Virus record (IMG/VR): IMGVR_UViG_3300017971_000185
Coordinates: 433,195 to 497,194 of that record
Direction: 5' to 3' (one strand)
DNA length: 64,000 nucleotides
How positions within the stretch are numbered: the stretch's first letter is position 1; every line of letters starts with the position of its first letter. Positions 17,787-28,300 of this stretch are shown here, in pieces. Made by a program: the position numbers and the translations under genes. The notes under the pieces were generated by a model that did not search any database, was not told the DNA's origin, and was given only the letters and a program-made list of their open reading frames with translations.

Positions 17787-20700
17787 ATGTTCTCAGCCGC
17801 CAAAATCGCCAAACGTTACCTGCAACGGCAGGCGAATGGCAAGAAAACTGGCTACCGGGACAGCGTGGGATTGTTCATTCCGCTGCCCGCCGCTCTCGCC
17901 AGGCAGTTTCCGTCACTCGGCACTGAGGACCGTTCGCCACCGCACACCACTTTCCTGTTCGTAGGTGACGTTTCGGAGGACCGGGAAGCTGACTTTCTGA
18001 GGGTTTTGAGCGATGCGTTCCAGGGCGAGGGCTGGCCCAGGGTCAAGGCCACGCTGGGCGATCTCAACTACTTCCAGCACACCGACAAGGGGCGGATCGT
18101 TCCTCACGTGGCCGTGAAATTCGGTCAGCCGATGGCTGAGTTACGGGACCGGGTGAAGAATCGCTTGGAGGAAGCGGGTTTCGAGGTCAAGGACTCGTTT
18201 CCCGTCTACATGCCGCACGTCACGTTGGATTACACGCCTGGGTTTGACAAGCCGTACAAGGGGGACGTGCCGACCGGTACGTGGGAGTTTGATGAAATGG
18301 AAGTGTGGGGCTTGCCCAAGGTCCACAAAGTCAAGTTTGGGTCCGCACTCCAGAGCAAGCTGGGTGCTCAGAAAAGGAGTCCTCGGGACATCCCCACGAA
18401 GGCGCAGCTTGACTTTGATGGCACGTTCTCCCACTGGCAGAAGTCAGCGTTTGTCGCGGAGTCGGGTTGGGATGCAGCGGACAACCATCGATTTGTGCTC
18501 TGGCCGGACAACAGAGATGAGGAGACGTTTCTCAACGGGCCAGTGCGGTCGCTATTCGAGGACAGCGGGTACTTCACCGGGCGTGTCTGGAGCGACACAC
18601 AGAAGGAACAAGGTCGTCCGCTCGGAGTCGAGGTCCATGGGGAAATTGCCAAACGTGTTGCCAGGCAGTACTTGGCTCGCGTTCAGCCACTTGACCTACG
18701 GCAGATCGAGAAGTTTCGCAAGGACTTCTTGATGCTGATGAAGAACGCCAAGGTCGTGAAGGACTATAAACAGGCGTTGAAGTGGAAAGAGGCGGTCCAG
18801 ACTTGGAGTGATCGGTTTGAGCTTTTCGTTCTTGATCGTCTTCGCAAGGCAATCAAAGACCTGAGATTTCAGAGGCGAATTACCCAAGGTGATGCAGACT
18901 ATTGGGACAAGAAGATCGGGCACGAGGTCTGGGATTTGCATCTCGACTTTCGTGTTCCTCTAGAGCGCTACGAATTTGTGGTCAAGTATGATCCGAGGGC
19001 GTCTAGAGAGGGGCTGTTTGCGCAGCTACAGCGCGAGCTTCCAAAGTGGGAAGGGCGTGTGCGTCGCTCAGCGCGCAAAGCATGGCGTGTGCTCAAGGAC
19101 TTTGCGGAGTGGTACTCGCGAATCTCTGAAACACCGCTGGGCGTGGATATCCCTGAAGAGGAGCGGGTAAGCATTGAGGGTCTTCCGGTAACAATCAGAG
19201 GTTTTCCGACCGACTCCTCTGAGATGTACGCCGACTTTTTGGAACGATTTAAGGTAGGTCTGAAACGCTACAAACAGCGTGCCAGACAAGCGCTTCCGCT
19301 TCTGCTCCGCGGTCAGCTTCCGTTGGTTGTCGATTTCCGTGCGAGGCTCGATGAAGCGGGGGTCTACGAGCACGACCACATCTCCATCAATCCTACTTCG
19401 GCGGAGCGAAATCCAGGCGCGCTGGCTAAGACCATTGCGCATGAGATGGGGCACCACGTCTACAAGACGTACTTGAGCAAAACCGCTCAAGACTTCTGGT
19501 CTCGGGCGATTTCAGGAAACTACGGAACGCTTGATCTCAACGAAGTTGCTCGTAGGTACGGAGGCGACAAGTTTCTCTACGATAACGAACGGATCAAGAA
19601 AGAGAACCCGTTACTTTATCTTCAGATCCAAGGGCTGTGGCACATGCCGGAGACCAAGCGCGTATTCGATTACGTCTTGGGCATGGATGACTTGAAGAAG
19701 TACCTCGCAGAAGGCGGCACGGCCAAGTTTCGGGTCCACGGCAAGCCGATCACGGGATACGCCCACAAGAATAAGGAGGAAGCGTTTTGCGAGGCTCTGG
19801 GCATGCTCGTCGGTTACGGACCACGCACCGTACTGCCGGAGGTTCGGTTGTGGCTCAAGACGATTCTGCCCCAGATCAAGATCGCACGCCATTCCGTGAG
19901 CCAGTGCATGCACAAGGGCTGCAAGAAGGCTCCAGAGATCGAGTGTATCTGGGCTGAGGGCATCGGCCATGCGTGGTTTTGCAAGCCGCACTTCAAGGAG
20001 TGGTCCACCAAAGGGGACGGGAAGGGAGAGGTCTGTAGGCAATGGGAGATCGACGGAAAGGCGGGAGAGAAGAAGTGCGCTGGTGATGGAGAGTGTTTCT
20101 ATCCAGGCCAGCGCGTGAAGATCGGCCCTTATACAGACGGATCTTGGAAGGATGGCGTTGTCTTGAAGTTGGAGCGATACGACATCCTCAATCCAGATGT
20201 TCTGGTGCGAGATGACGAAGGCATTGAGGACTGGGAGGACCAGGACAGCTTGGTTCCCTTGGAAGGACCAGACGCTAGGGCAGATCCCTCTTTGAAGACA
20301 GCCAAGCCAAGCGATAGCTGGCTGGCGCTGAATCCCGACGTGCTCTACCGGGCCGAAGAGGAGGATGAGGAAGTGACGGCGGAGGATCTCGTAGCCGAAG
20401 CCGCGCGGTTGTTGGGAGTTGCCAAAGCCGGACCCGTTGTGGATAGCACGGAGTGGAACGAGGACGTGGCGTCGTTCCTGAAGATCGCTCCGCCCGTAAT
20501 GCGCGTGGCTTTCCAGTACAGGCTCAAGACGGCTGGATGGTGGGCGATTCAGCCGGGCAAGCCGGGCATCAACCCTCCGCCAGTCGACAAGGGTGGCTTG
20601 ATGAACGCCATCCCAGGCACGGACCCGAACGAAGGGGCGCTCTATGGCGGGGATCGTCCCGCGGACATCCTGGGTGACGCCATGCGGGATGTGGACCGAG

Positions 20701-22319
20701 AGTATCTGCTTGCCTGGGGCCGACCGGCGACCCGGACAGAGCTAGAAGAGGCATGGAATTTCGTGATGGGTCCGATTCTGGAGGACGGGAGCTTCAACTA
20801 CGGAAGCAAGTCGGAGCCGTTGAACCAGTGGCTCATCGAATTTGCCGAGTGGTTGGGGAAGAAACCCAACGAGATCATGTTCTGGAGCGACGATCTGTGG
20901 CATGCGTTGGCGCGGCTGTGGAAAGAAGGGAAAGGTCCCGCGCACCTGGAGGCATACCGCAAGGAGTTGCTGGGGGTCTGTGAGGACTCCAAGGGGTTCG
21001 GCGAGCACGCCACGCTTCGTTCAGAAGACCTGGCAGAGAGGCTCCAAGCTCGGGTCTCGGTCATCCATGATGAGACTTTCCGTGGTGAAGATACTTTGGA
21101 AGGAGACCAGGAGCCGGAGATCTTCATTGGTCGGGTGGCTTCCCAGCACTTGGCTCTGAGTGCGCACCGACGCTCGATCGCGTTGATGAAGTTTCTGTCC
21201 GAGACTGCGAGGAGCCTCGGCGTAGCGAAGCATGTCTACGTGGTGGGTGGCGCGGTACGAAACTTCGTCATCGAGCGGCCGATCAAGGATCTGGATCTCG
21301 TGATCGACTCCATGTCGGCCGGGCGCGACTCCGAGTGGTTTGCCAAGGAGTTAGCGCGTCGGATCCCAGCAGCCACAAACCTCAAGACGAATCAGTACGG
21401 GGTCGCCATCCTCACTGTGAGCGGAGATTGGGAGCTAGATGGCGACAACATGAAGGGTGAGGTCATAGAGATCGCCAACGCCCGTAGCGAGTCCTACGCC
21501 AAGGGTGAGGGGAAAGGCTACAAGCCTTCGGAGGTACAACCGGCGACCATCGAGCAGGATATACGAAGGCGCGACTTTACAATGAATACATTGATGTGGC
21601 GCCTGCTGGACTTGGCGAAGGGGCCAGACAAGGCCGAGATCATCGATCTTACGGGGTGTGGTCTGAAAGACCTGAAAGAGCGTTCGGTCAAATGCCCGGC
21701 CGACCCCAACAAGACGTTCTCAGATGACCCCACGCGCATGTTGAGGGTCATTAAGTTTACGGGGAAGTACGGCTTCAAGATCCCGCCAGACGTAGCGGCT
21801 TCCATCAAGCGCAACGCACGGAAGATGAAGCAGATGCCCTGGGAGGCCATCGGCAACATCTTGGTCGGAGACATTCTCAAGGAGCCTACCGCCCGCAAGT
21901 CACTACGTCAGATGAAGGAGCTTGGGCTGCTCGACGTGGTGAGCGAGATGATTCAGGAGAAGCGACCGTTCGCCACGTTCATGGCGAACCAACTCAAGCG
22001 CGACCGACGGGTGCAGCTTCTCCTCGATCTCATGGATCTCGGTCTCCCAGCGAACACACCGCTCCACTTCCTCACGCCCAAACAACGGCAGTGGCTTCGC
22101 GAGACCACGGTGAGGATGCCAGAGGATGAGGCGAGCAAGTTTGCAGACAGGCTGATCAAGCCTCCGGTGGACAACAAGAGAGTCATTGACGAGTTGATGC
22201 TGCCGCCGCCAGAGCGAAGCCGCATCAAACCGTTAGCTCGCGAGCTAATTCTGGCTGACCCGAAGCTGGCTGACGATCCCCGAAAGCTCACGGATCTGGT
22301 GGTCAAGAAGTGGAAGTGA
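17787..22319 (+). CDS. Polyvalent protein: 2H phosphoesterase + zincin metallopeptidase + Cys/His finger + class II tRNA nucleotidyltransferase
   Basis: PPHTTF and PHVTL (2H); AHEMGHH..YAHKNKEEAFCE (zincin); VGGAVRN..KDLDLV, RRDFTMN, DDPTRMLR (CCA/PAP family). Confidence 0.85.
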   Translation: MFSAAKIAKRYLQRQANGKKTGYRDSVGLFIPLPAALARQFPSLGTEDRSPPHTTFLFVGDVSEDREADFLRVLSDAFQGEGWPRVKATLGDLNYFQHTDKGRIVPHVAVKFGQPMAELRDRVKNRLEEAGFEVKDSFPVYMPHVTLDYTPGFDKPYKGDVPTGTWEFDEMEVWGLPKVHKVKFGSALQSKLGAQKRSPRDIPTKAQLDFDGTFSHWQKSAFVAESGWDAADNHRFVLWPDNRDEETFLNGPVRSLFEDSGYFTGRVWSDTQKEQGRPLGVEVHGEIAKRVARQYLARVQPLDLRQIEKFRKDFLMLMKNAKVVKDYKQALKWKEAVQTWSDRFELFVLDRLRKAIKDLRFQRRITQGDADYWDKKIGHEVWDLHLDFRVPLERYEFVVKYDPRASREGLFAQLQRELPKWEGRVRRSARKAWRVLKDFAEWYSRISETPLGVDIPEEERVSIEGLPVTIRGFPTDSSEMYADFLERFKVGLKRYKQRARQALPLLLRGQLPLVVDFRARLDEAGVYEHDHISINPTSAERNPGALAKTIAHEMGHHVYKTYLSKTAQDFWSRAISGNYGTLDLNEVARRYGGDKFLYDNERIKKENPLLYLQIQGLWHMPETKRVFDYVLGMDDLKKYLAEGGTAKFRVHGKPITGYAHKNKEEAFCEALGMLVGYGPRTVLPEVRLWLKTILPQIKIARHSVSQCMHKGCKKAPEIECIWAEGIGHAWFCKPHFKEWSTKGDGKGEVCRQWEIDGKAGEKKCAGDGECFYPGQRVKIGPYTDGSWKDGVVLKLERYDILNPDVLVRDDEGIEDWEDQDSLVPLEGPDARADPSLKTAKPSDSWLALNPDVLYRAEEEDEEVTAEDLVAEAARLLGVAKAGPVVDSTEWNEDVASFLKIAPPVMRVAFQYRLKTAGWWAIQPGKPGINPPPVDKGGLMNAIPGTDPNEGALYGGDRPADILGDAMRDVDREYLLAWGRPATRTELEEAWNFVMGPILEDGSFNYGSKSEPLNQWLIEFAEWLGKKPNEIMFWSDDLWHALARLWKEGKGPAHLEAYRKELLGVCEDSKGFGEHATLRSEDLAERLQARVSVIHDETFRGEDTLEGDQEPEIFIGRVASQHLALSAHRRSIALMKFLSETARSLGVAKHVYVVGGAVRNFVIERPIKDLDLVIDSMSAGRDSEWFAKELARRIPAATNLKTNQYGVAILTVSGDWELDGDNMKGEVIEIANARSESYAKGEGKGYKPSEVQPATIEQDIRRRDFTMNTLMWRLLDLAKGPDKAEIIDLTGCGLKDLKERSVKCPADPNKTFSDDPTRMLRVIKFTGKYGFKIPPDVAASIKRNARKMKQMPWEAIGNILVGDILKEPTARKSLRQMKELGLLDVVSEMIQEKRPFATFMANQLKRDRRVQLLLDLMDLGLPANTPLHFLTPKQRQWLRETTVRMPEDEASKFADRLIKPPVDNKRVIDELMLPPPERSRIKPLARELILADPKLADDPRKLTDLVVKKWK

Positions 22320-25300
22320 CGACTCCCATGCGTGTCGCCGGCATCTTGGCCTACCCGCCAAAGATGCGACAGGAGATCCTCGATTGGGTGAAGTCGCTAT
22401 ATGCCACATGGGCTGCAACGAGAGCCCGTGTGGAAATCAAGGGGCACAAGGAGGATATCAAGGAATTCAAGGCTGATCTCAAGGAGGCAACGACTCCAAG
22501 AGAGATTGAGCGGCTCAAGGATCGTATCGAGGTACGACAAGAAGGCATCGACAAAGCGAGCAAGATTCTGAAGGAAGCCATCCGCGATGGTGCGAAGGGC
22601 CGTGGTCGGAAAAAGTCCAAGCGTGACTTCGTGACGGACCTGGGGGGGATGCCGAAAAACTACCCGATCGAGCAGTTGCAGCAGGAGATACCCAAGATTC
22701 GCGTCGGGGTGGAGTTTACAGGCCAGCCCGCTCCGCGAGAACGCGCTGTCCACGGCACGTGGAACGGCAACACCAAGAAGTTGAGGATTCTGCTGCACGG
22801 TAGAGCGCCTGACCAGATCTTCAAGTACCGCGAAGCTGCTCGGACCATGGACACGATCATCAAGCATGAGCTTCGGCACATGGTCCAGCAGATGTTCTTC
22901 CAGTTTGAAGCGGAGTTGATGGAGAGGAAGATTCTGGAGCGCGGCAAGAGCTGGGAGAAGCTGAGCCCGAAAGAGCAAGAACACATCCGCAAGTCGCTGA
23001 GCCGAGGTGCGCCAAAGGAGTACGAAGTTGGCAGCTTTGCGCTCTATGAGGACGTTCCCAAGAATCTACAGTACTACCTACTGCCGCAGGAGTTTTTCAC
23101 GTGGCTCGGTCAGAGCGAGGAGACGTTCTTGGATGAGGTTCGCACCATGCGGGTGGTTGGTGGTGAGAAGGACCCCCGACCCAAGAAGAAGGAGTTTGAC
23201 CAGTTTGTAGGCAACCCGCGGCCGATCAAGTCGAAAGGCCGGGTTCTCAAGAAGGGCGACCCCATTGCCACGCATCCGTTCTTCGCGACTCTGTGGGAAT
23301 ACGACCGCAAGCGGTGGCAACGGGCAGTGCGTGAGTTGTGGAAGCGTGTGCAGAACAAGCTCGTCTTGCCGCCAACGAGATTGCCGTCTTCCAAGAGGGT
23401 AGCAGCGCGACACAAGACCGCCCGCATGGCAGAGCGGGTAGCGATTCGGCATCTGGTTGCCCGCGCTCCCATGAGCAAGCTGCTCGGGGACCTGATGGGC
23501 AAATGGGAGCTTCTCAACCGTAGCGTCGATGAGGATCTGCAAAAGGGCGGGGTATCGCGGGCCGATTTCCTGGCCAACAGGTTCAAAGGTCTGGACGAGT
23601 ACGACATTCGGTCGTTGCTCATGCGTCTCAAGTCTAGCGGCCGGGTCATTTGGCCGCACATGCTTCGGGCTGCCAAGCTCTGGGTCGAGTACCTGCTTCA
23701 AACCAAATCGATTCCGCGAGGCCAGGCGAAGAAGTTTGAGTTGTCGGCACGGCCCTTCTCTGCGGCCAAGCGGCCTCCACGAGACATCGTCGCGTGGCTT
23801 GAGAAGAACAAGGGCAAGTATCGCTACTTGGTAGACGCAGCCGGGTGGCCGGACAAGGTTGAGAATGGCATCGGGGGAGCAGAGGACTTGTTTACGGTCG
23901 GGCCGTTCAAGGTCCACAACACCGTGCGGGAGACGGGCGGTCAGCCGCGAACGTTGGCCTGGTACAACCCGAATGACGACAAGCTCTACCTACGACCGCA
24001 TATCAAGGTGGGAGAGGGCGAGCTTCACAATTTCCTGCATGAGTTGGGGCATCGCTATTGGGACAAGATCATGTCTCGCGATGTCAAGACGAAATGGGCG
24101 AATCACCACTCGATGATCAAGTACGGGCTTGGGCAGTACGAGCGGTCTAGACCCACAGATCTACCTGAGATTGGTGAGCCTCTTCCGATCCCCATGCAGG
24201 GCATGAGGCGCGGGGGTCCTCCGATAGTCACCGATATCGATGATCGCTTCATCCACGTCTTGCACAAGCCAACTGGACGTGACGCCAAGATCAAGAAGCG
24301 GGAGTACTGGAAGTTTTTGGAGCGCCGAGCCAAACGGGGGCAGTTTCCGACCCCTTACGCCAGTACGAATAGGGAGGAGCACTTCTGTGAGGCGCTTGCC
24401 ATGCACCTCCTCGGCAATCTGCCGGAGCCCCACAAGTCGATCTTCGACACGGTCGTGATCAAGGGTGAAGACCCTCCTGGGATGCCGGCAAAGGTCGCCC
24501 GGATGTACCTCGCCAAGCGGTTCACGCCGGAGGCGTGGAAAGAGTACAAGCGCAAGCACCCCAAAGCCGATCCGAAGCGACACGAGATTGTCCAGCCCGA
24601 GAAGGGGAAGGCTCCAAAGCCCAAGAAAACGGTCCGGCAGAAGCTCGACCACGTGTTCACGAGCATCAAGGGGCTCAGCAAGTCGGTCGCCAAATCGGTT
24701 CGCGAAGCTCCCGAGAAGGTCCAGAAATTCATCGTGGACAAGAGTTATCGCGATGACGTGACCAAAGCAGCCGCCAAGACGATCAAGGAAGCCCCTGGAA
24801 AGATCAAGACCGCGGTCATCCAGTCCGGCAAAGCCGAGTTGAAGGCAATCTTCAAGGAGACTCCGCGCATCCTCGCCACGCTGGCGAAAGAACGACGCGC
24901 TCCCACGAAGGCAGAGGCAAAGACTCTTTATGGAGTCGGTGTGTATGTGGCAGGGACGGTTCTAGCCATGACCACCGGAGGGCCGGCAGGCGGAGCGATT
25001 GGGCGAGTGGCCTTGGCCGGCGCTAAAGCGTTCGGGCATAGCCTGAGCCTGCACATCGGCATCAAGGCCATGAACCAGTTTGCTGATGAGGGATTCCTGG
25101 CCTACGAAGCAGCCGAAAGTGTTGCTCAGGCAGGAGGCATTTCGGCGGTGCTTCCAGTCAGCACGAGTGCTCTTCCTGGTCTGGGTCAGATTTGGGATGC
25201 CGTGAGTAAGGTGGTGATGGCTTCGGAAGAGAAGTCCAAGTCCGAATCCGCGATGGATAAGATGATTGAGCAGTTGATCAGGATCATCGGGGAGGAGTTG

Positions 25301-25357
25301 GATAAGGGGCTCACGGACGATGAGATTGTGAAGATTCTGAAGGAGGAACGGCCGTGA
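22310..25357 (+). CDS. Polyvalent protein with two HExxH zincin domains and a C-terminal hydrophobic module
   Basis: KHELRH..PQEF; LHELGH..YASTNREEHFCE; FTPEAWKEYKRKHP; Gly/Ala hydrophobic helices. Confidence 0.75.
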   Translation: MEVTTPMRVAGILAYPPKMRQEILDWVKSLYATWAATRARVEIKGHKEDIKEFKADLKEATTPREIERLKDRIEVRQEGIDKASKILKEAIRDGAKGRGRKKSKRDFVTDLGGMPKNYPIEQLQQEIPKIRVGVEFTGQPAPRERAVHGTWNGNTKKLRILLHGRAPDQIFKYREAARTMDTIIKHELRHMVQQMFFQFEAELMERKILERGKSWEKLSPKEQEHIRKSLSRGAPKEYEVGSFALYEDVPKNLQYYLLPQEFFTWLGQSEETFLDEVRTMRVVGGEKDPRPKKKEFDQFVGNPRPIKSKGRVLKKGDPIATHPFFATLWEYDRKRWQRAVRELWKRVQNKLVLPPTRLPSSKRVAARHKTARMAERVAIRHLVARAPMSKLLGDLMGKWELLNRSVDEDLQKGGVSRADFLANRFKGLDEYDIRSLLMRLKSSGRVIWPHMLRAAKLWVEYLLQTKSIPRGQAKKFELSARPFSAAKRPPRDIVAWLEKNKGKYRYLVDAAGWPDKVENGIGGAEDLFTVGPFKVHNTVRETGGQPRTLAWYNPNDDKLYLRPHIKVGEGELHNFLHELGHRYWDKIMSRDVKTKWANHHSMIKYGLGQYERSRPTDLPEIGEPLPIPMQGMRRGGPPIVTDIDDRFIHVLHKPTGRDAKIKKREYWKFLERRAKRGQFPTPYASTNREEHFCEALAMHLLGNLPEPHKSIFDTVVIKGEDPPGMPAKVARMYLAKRFTPEAWKEYKRKHPKADPKRHEIVQPEKGKAPKPKKTVRQKLDHVFTSIKGLSKSVAKSVREAPEKVQKFIVDKSYRDDVTKAAAKTIKEAPGKIKTAVIQSGKAELKAIFKETPRILATLAKERRAPTKAEAKTLYGVGVYVAGTVLAMTTGGPAGGAIGRVALAGAKAFGHSLSLHIGIKAMNQFADEGFLAYEAAESVAQAGGISAVLPVSTSALPGLGQIWDAVSKVVMASEEKSKSESAMDKMIEQLIRIIGEELDKGLTDDEIVKILKEERP

Positions 25358-28300
25358 GCGACTATTCCGTGCTTCAAGTTGCGGCCTTGTACCGAGCCTC
25401 TCAGGACACCAAGTACAAGGGCAAGAAGGTCGTCAAGAACCAAGACGGTGAAGATACGACCGTCTACGAGTACAGCGAACGGCAGGTTGCGTTGCGGGAC
25501 AAGGACAAGGCCGAGCGCATCCAGAAGCTCCGACAACGCCGGAGCGACCTGATCAAGAAGGTCAAGAGCGATCTCAAGAGCAAGGATGACAAGACCCGAC
25601 TGACCGCTCTGGCGGTCGCACTCATTGATCACACTTACGAGCGTCCGGGTAACGAGGACAGCGCCGACGATGGTCATTTCGGTGTTACTGGCTGGCTCAA
25701 GAAGCACGTCACGTTCTCTGGCAACAAGGCCACGCTGAGTTACGTCGGGAAGTCTGGCGTCAAGCAGAAGAAGATCGTGAACGACGCGGCTGCGGTCAAG
25801 CTGCTCAAGGAGATCACGAAGGGCAAGAAGCCAGACGAGCAGATCCTCACGACAGATGACGCGAGCATCACAGCCAAGGACATCAATGCCTATCTGCCCG
25901 AAGGCATCACGGCCAAGGATCTGCGAGGGCTCCATGCCAATGAGGAGATGCTTGGGCAGCTAAAGAAGGTCAGGAGCAAGGGATCGAAGCTGCCGAAGGC
26001 TCGCACGGAGCGTGACCGCATTCTCAAAGACGAATTTAATCGAGCGTTGAAGGAGACGGCCGAAATTGTCGGGCACGAGCCGAGCACGTTGCGAAGCCAG
26101 TATCTCGTTCCTCACTTGGAGGACGAGTACAGGAAGGACGGCACCGTTCTCACGAATCTGGACAAGACGGCAGCCGCCCCGAAATTCCGCAACTACGAAG
26201 AGGCTATGGCGTGGGTGAAGAAGAAAAGCCGGGAGTACGGCGGTAAGAACAAGTTTCTGTCGAGTGACGAGTACCGGGAAGCCTACCCGGTGATCAAACG
26301 GTTGTCCGACAAGGCGAAGAGTGAGGCGAGGAAGAGTCTGCGCGGAGATGCCGAGCGTGCCATGAAGGAAGTCGGGGTCCGGTTCGGAGATCGTGTGGAA
26401 TGGCATCAGGTGGGGCCGTTCATGACGGTGGACGTGTTCACCGGCACTGTGGTGGACAAGAAGGGCATCCCGTATGTGAAGCTGGATCGGCCAGTCCAGG
26501 GGAAGCGGACAGTGCGTTGGCACAAAGGGTTCCGGCGCGTTGCGGCCAAGACAGCGGCCGAAGTGGGCACGGATACCGGAACCATTTACGCGATTTCGCC
26601 CGAGATGCTTCATCGCGTGGTCTCACGCAGTGTTTGGCGTGACGCTGCGGATGAGGTTTGGAACGAGGGTGTTCCGGCTGACTTTAGTGCGTTGTGGGAG
26701 CGCATGAGCCGGGAGATTCGTGAACACGGCGGAGCCGTGTTGTCGCCGGGCGGTGATGGACGCTGGGATGTGACGATTCCCGAGGCGGCTCCTCACTTGC
26801 AGGAGCAGGGTTTGCTGCCTCCCTACGGGACGCCCGAGTTTGGGCGCGAGGCGACCAAGAGCAAGGCCGAGAAAGAAGAGGAGCAGATCAGGAAACTGCT
26901 CCGTCCCGATCCCAAGAAGAAGCCGCCCCGTCACGACCTTCGAAAACATCGCATCGAGGAAGAGGATGAGGATCTGAAGGGAGACCGGGCGGATGAGGAC
27001 AAGGATCGCAGCCTGAATTACAAACACGTGGCGGCTCTCTACCTGCAAGCCTGGCAGAAGGCCAAGAGCGAGGAAGCCGCCAAGAAGCTCTTTGACCAGT
27101 ACAAAGAGAAGAACCCGGACACGGAAAAGACCTGGCAGGAATTCCTAGAGGACCCCGAGCCCAAGGAAAAGAAGCCCGAGGAAGAGAAGTCGAAGAAGGA
27201 CAAGGCTGAGGTCGGGGAAGAAGGCGAGAAGCTCTGGAAAGACATAAAGGATGAGCCTCCGCCAGACAAGGGGAAGAAACCATCGCCCGACGCCGAAGCG
27301 GTCGCACGCAAGAAGATTGTCAAAGACACCGTGAAGGGCGTTGCGGATTCTCTGAAATCCAACATCGCAGGTGCTTCGCTCCCTCCAGCCGTGCGCAAGG
27401 AGATCACGACAGCGCTGGAGAACATGGACGCGGAGCAGATCAAAACGTTCAACAGCGCTCTCCAGAGCTACGGTTCACGAGCCAAGACGCTCGCGATAGA
27501 TGGGCCGAAGGCTGTCCAGAAGGCCGAGCGGGCGCTAGAGGATTTGGCCGACTATGACTTCGCGGGAGCGCTCAAAGCCGATGAGCTAGCTCAGAAAGTG
27601 GTCGAGCAGGCTCACGCGAACGCGGTGATCAAGAAGGACAAGCAGAAGCAACGCGGTAAGAAGCGCAAGGTCACCGACTCCATCGACAAGATGCAAGAAG
27701 TCGTGCGCGACCTGTCGGGCGACTCCAAGTACGTCATCCCGAAGAAGGTCAAGGACGTGCTCAAGAAGCAACTGGAGGGGATGGAAGAGGAGAAGTACGA
27801 GGATGTCATCGGTGCCGTCGAGCGCCATCTCCATCTCATGCAGCAGGAAGAGAACCTCGATGCAGCAACGGCTCTAGCTCCGGCAGAGGCGTCCTTGGAG
27901 GAATTCGAGGAGCGCATCGATGAAATGGACGATCCGCACGCGAAGGGAGACCAGATCGCGGAAGCCATCCAAGCCACGCGCGTCGTCCAGCGACATGAGC
28001 AACGTGAGAAGGCGAAGCATCAGGCGAACAAGGCAGCGGTGTCGTCCACTGCACGGATCTTCGGAACGAAGGAAGTCCCTTCGGATGTCATGGACAAGCT
28101 GGGCCCGGCCCTGGAAGGGCTCGATCTAGAGGAGAAAGAGAAGTACGTCGAGGCTGTCCAGGCCGAGTACCGAGACATCAAGAACCGCATCGAGACAGAT
28201 CCGGCAACCGGCGCACAACGGATTCCGCCCTTGCTTCTCAGGGAGTCCATGGAGGCGCTGGAGAAACCATCCTACGAGGGCAGCCCCGAGGACATCGGAC

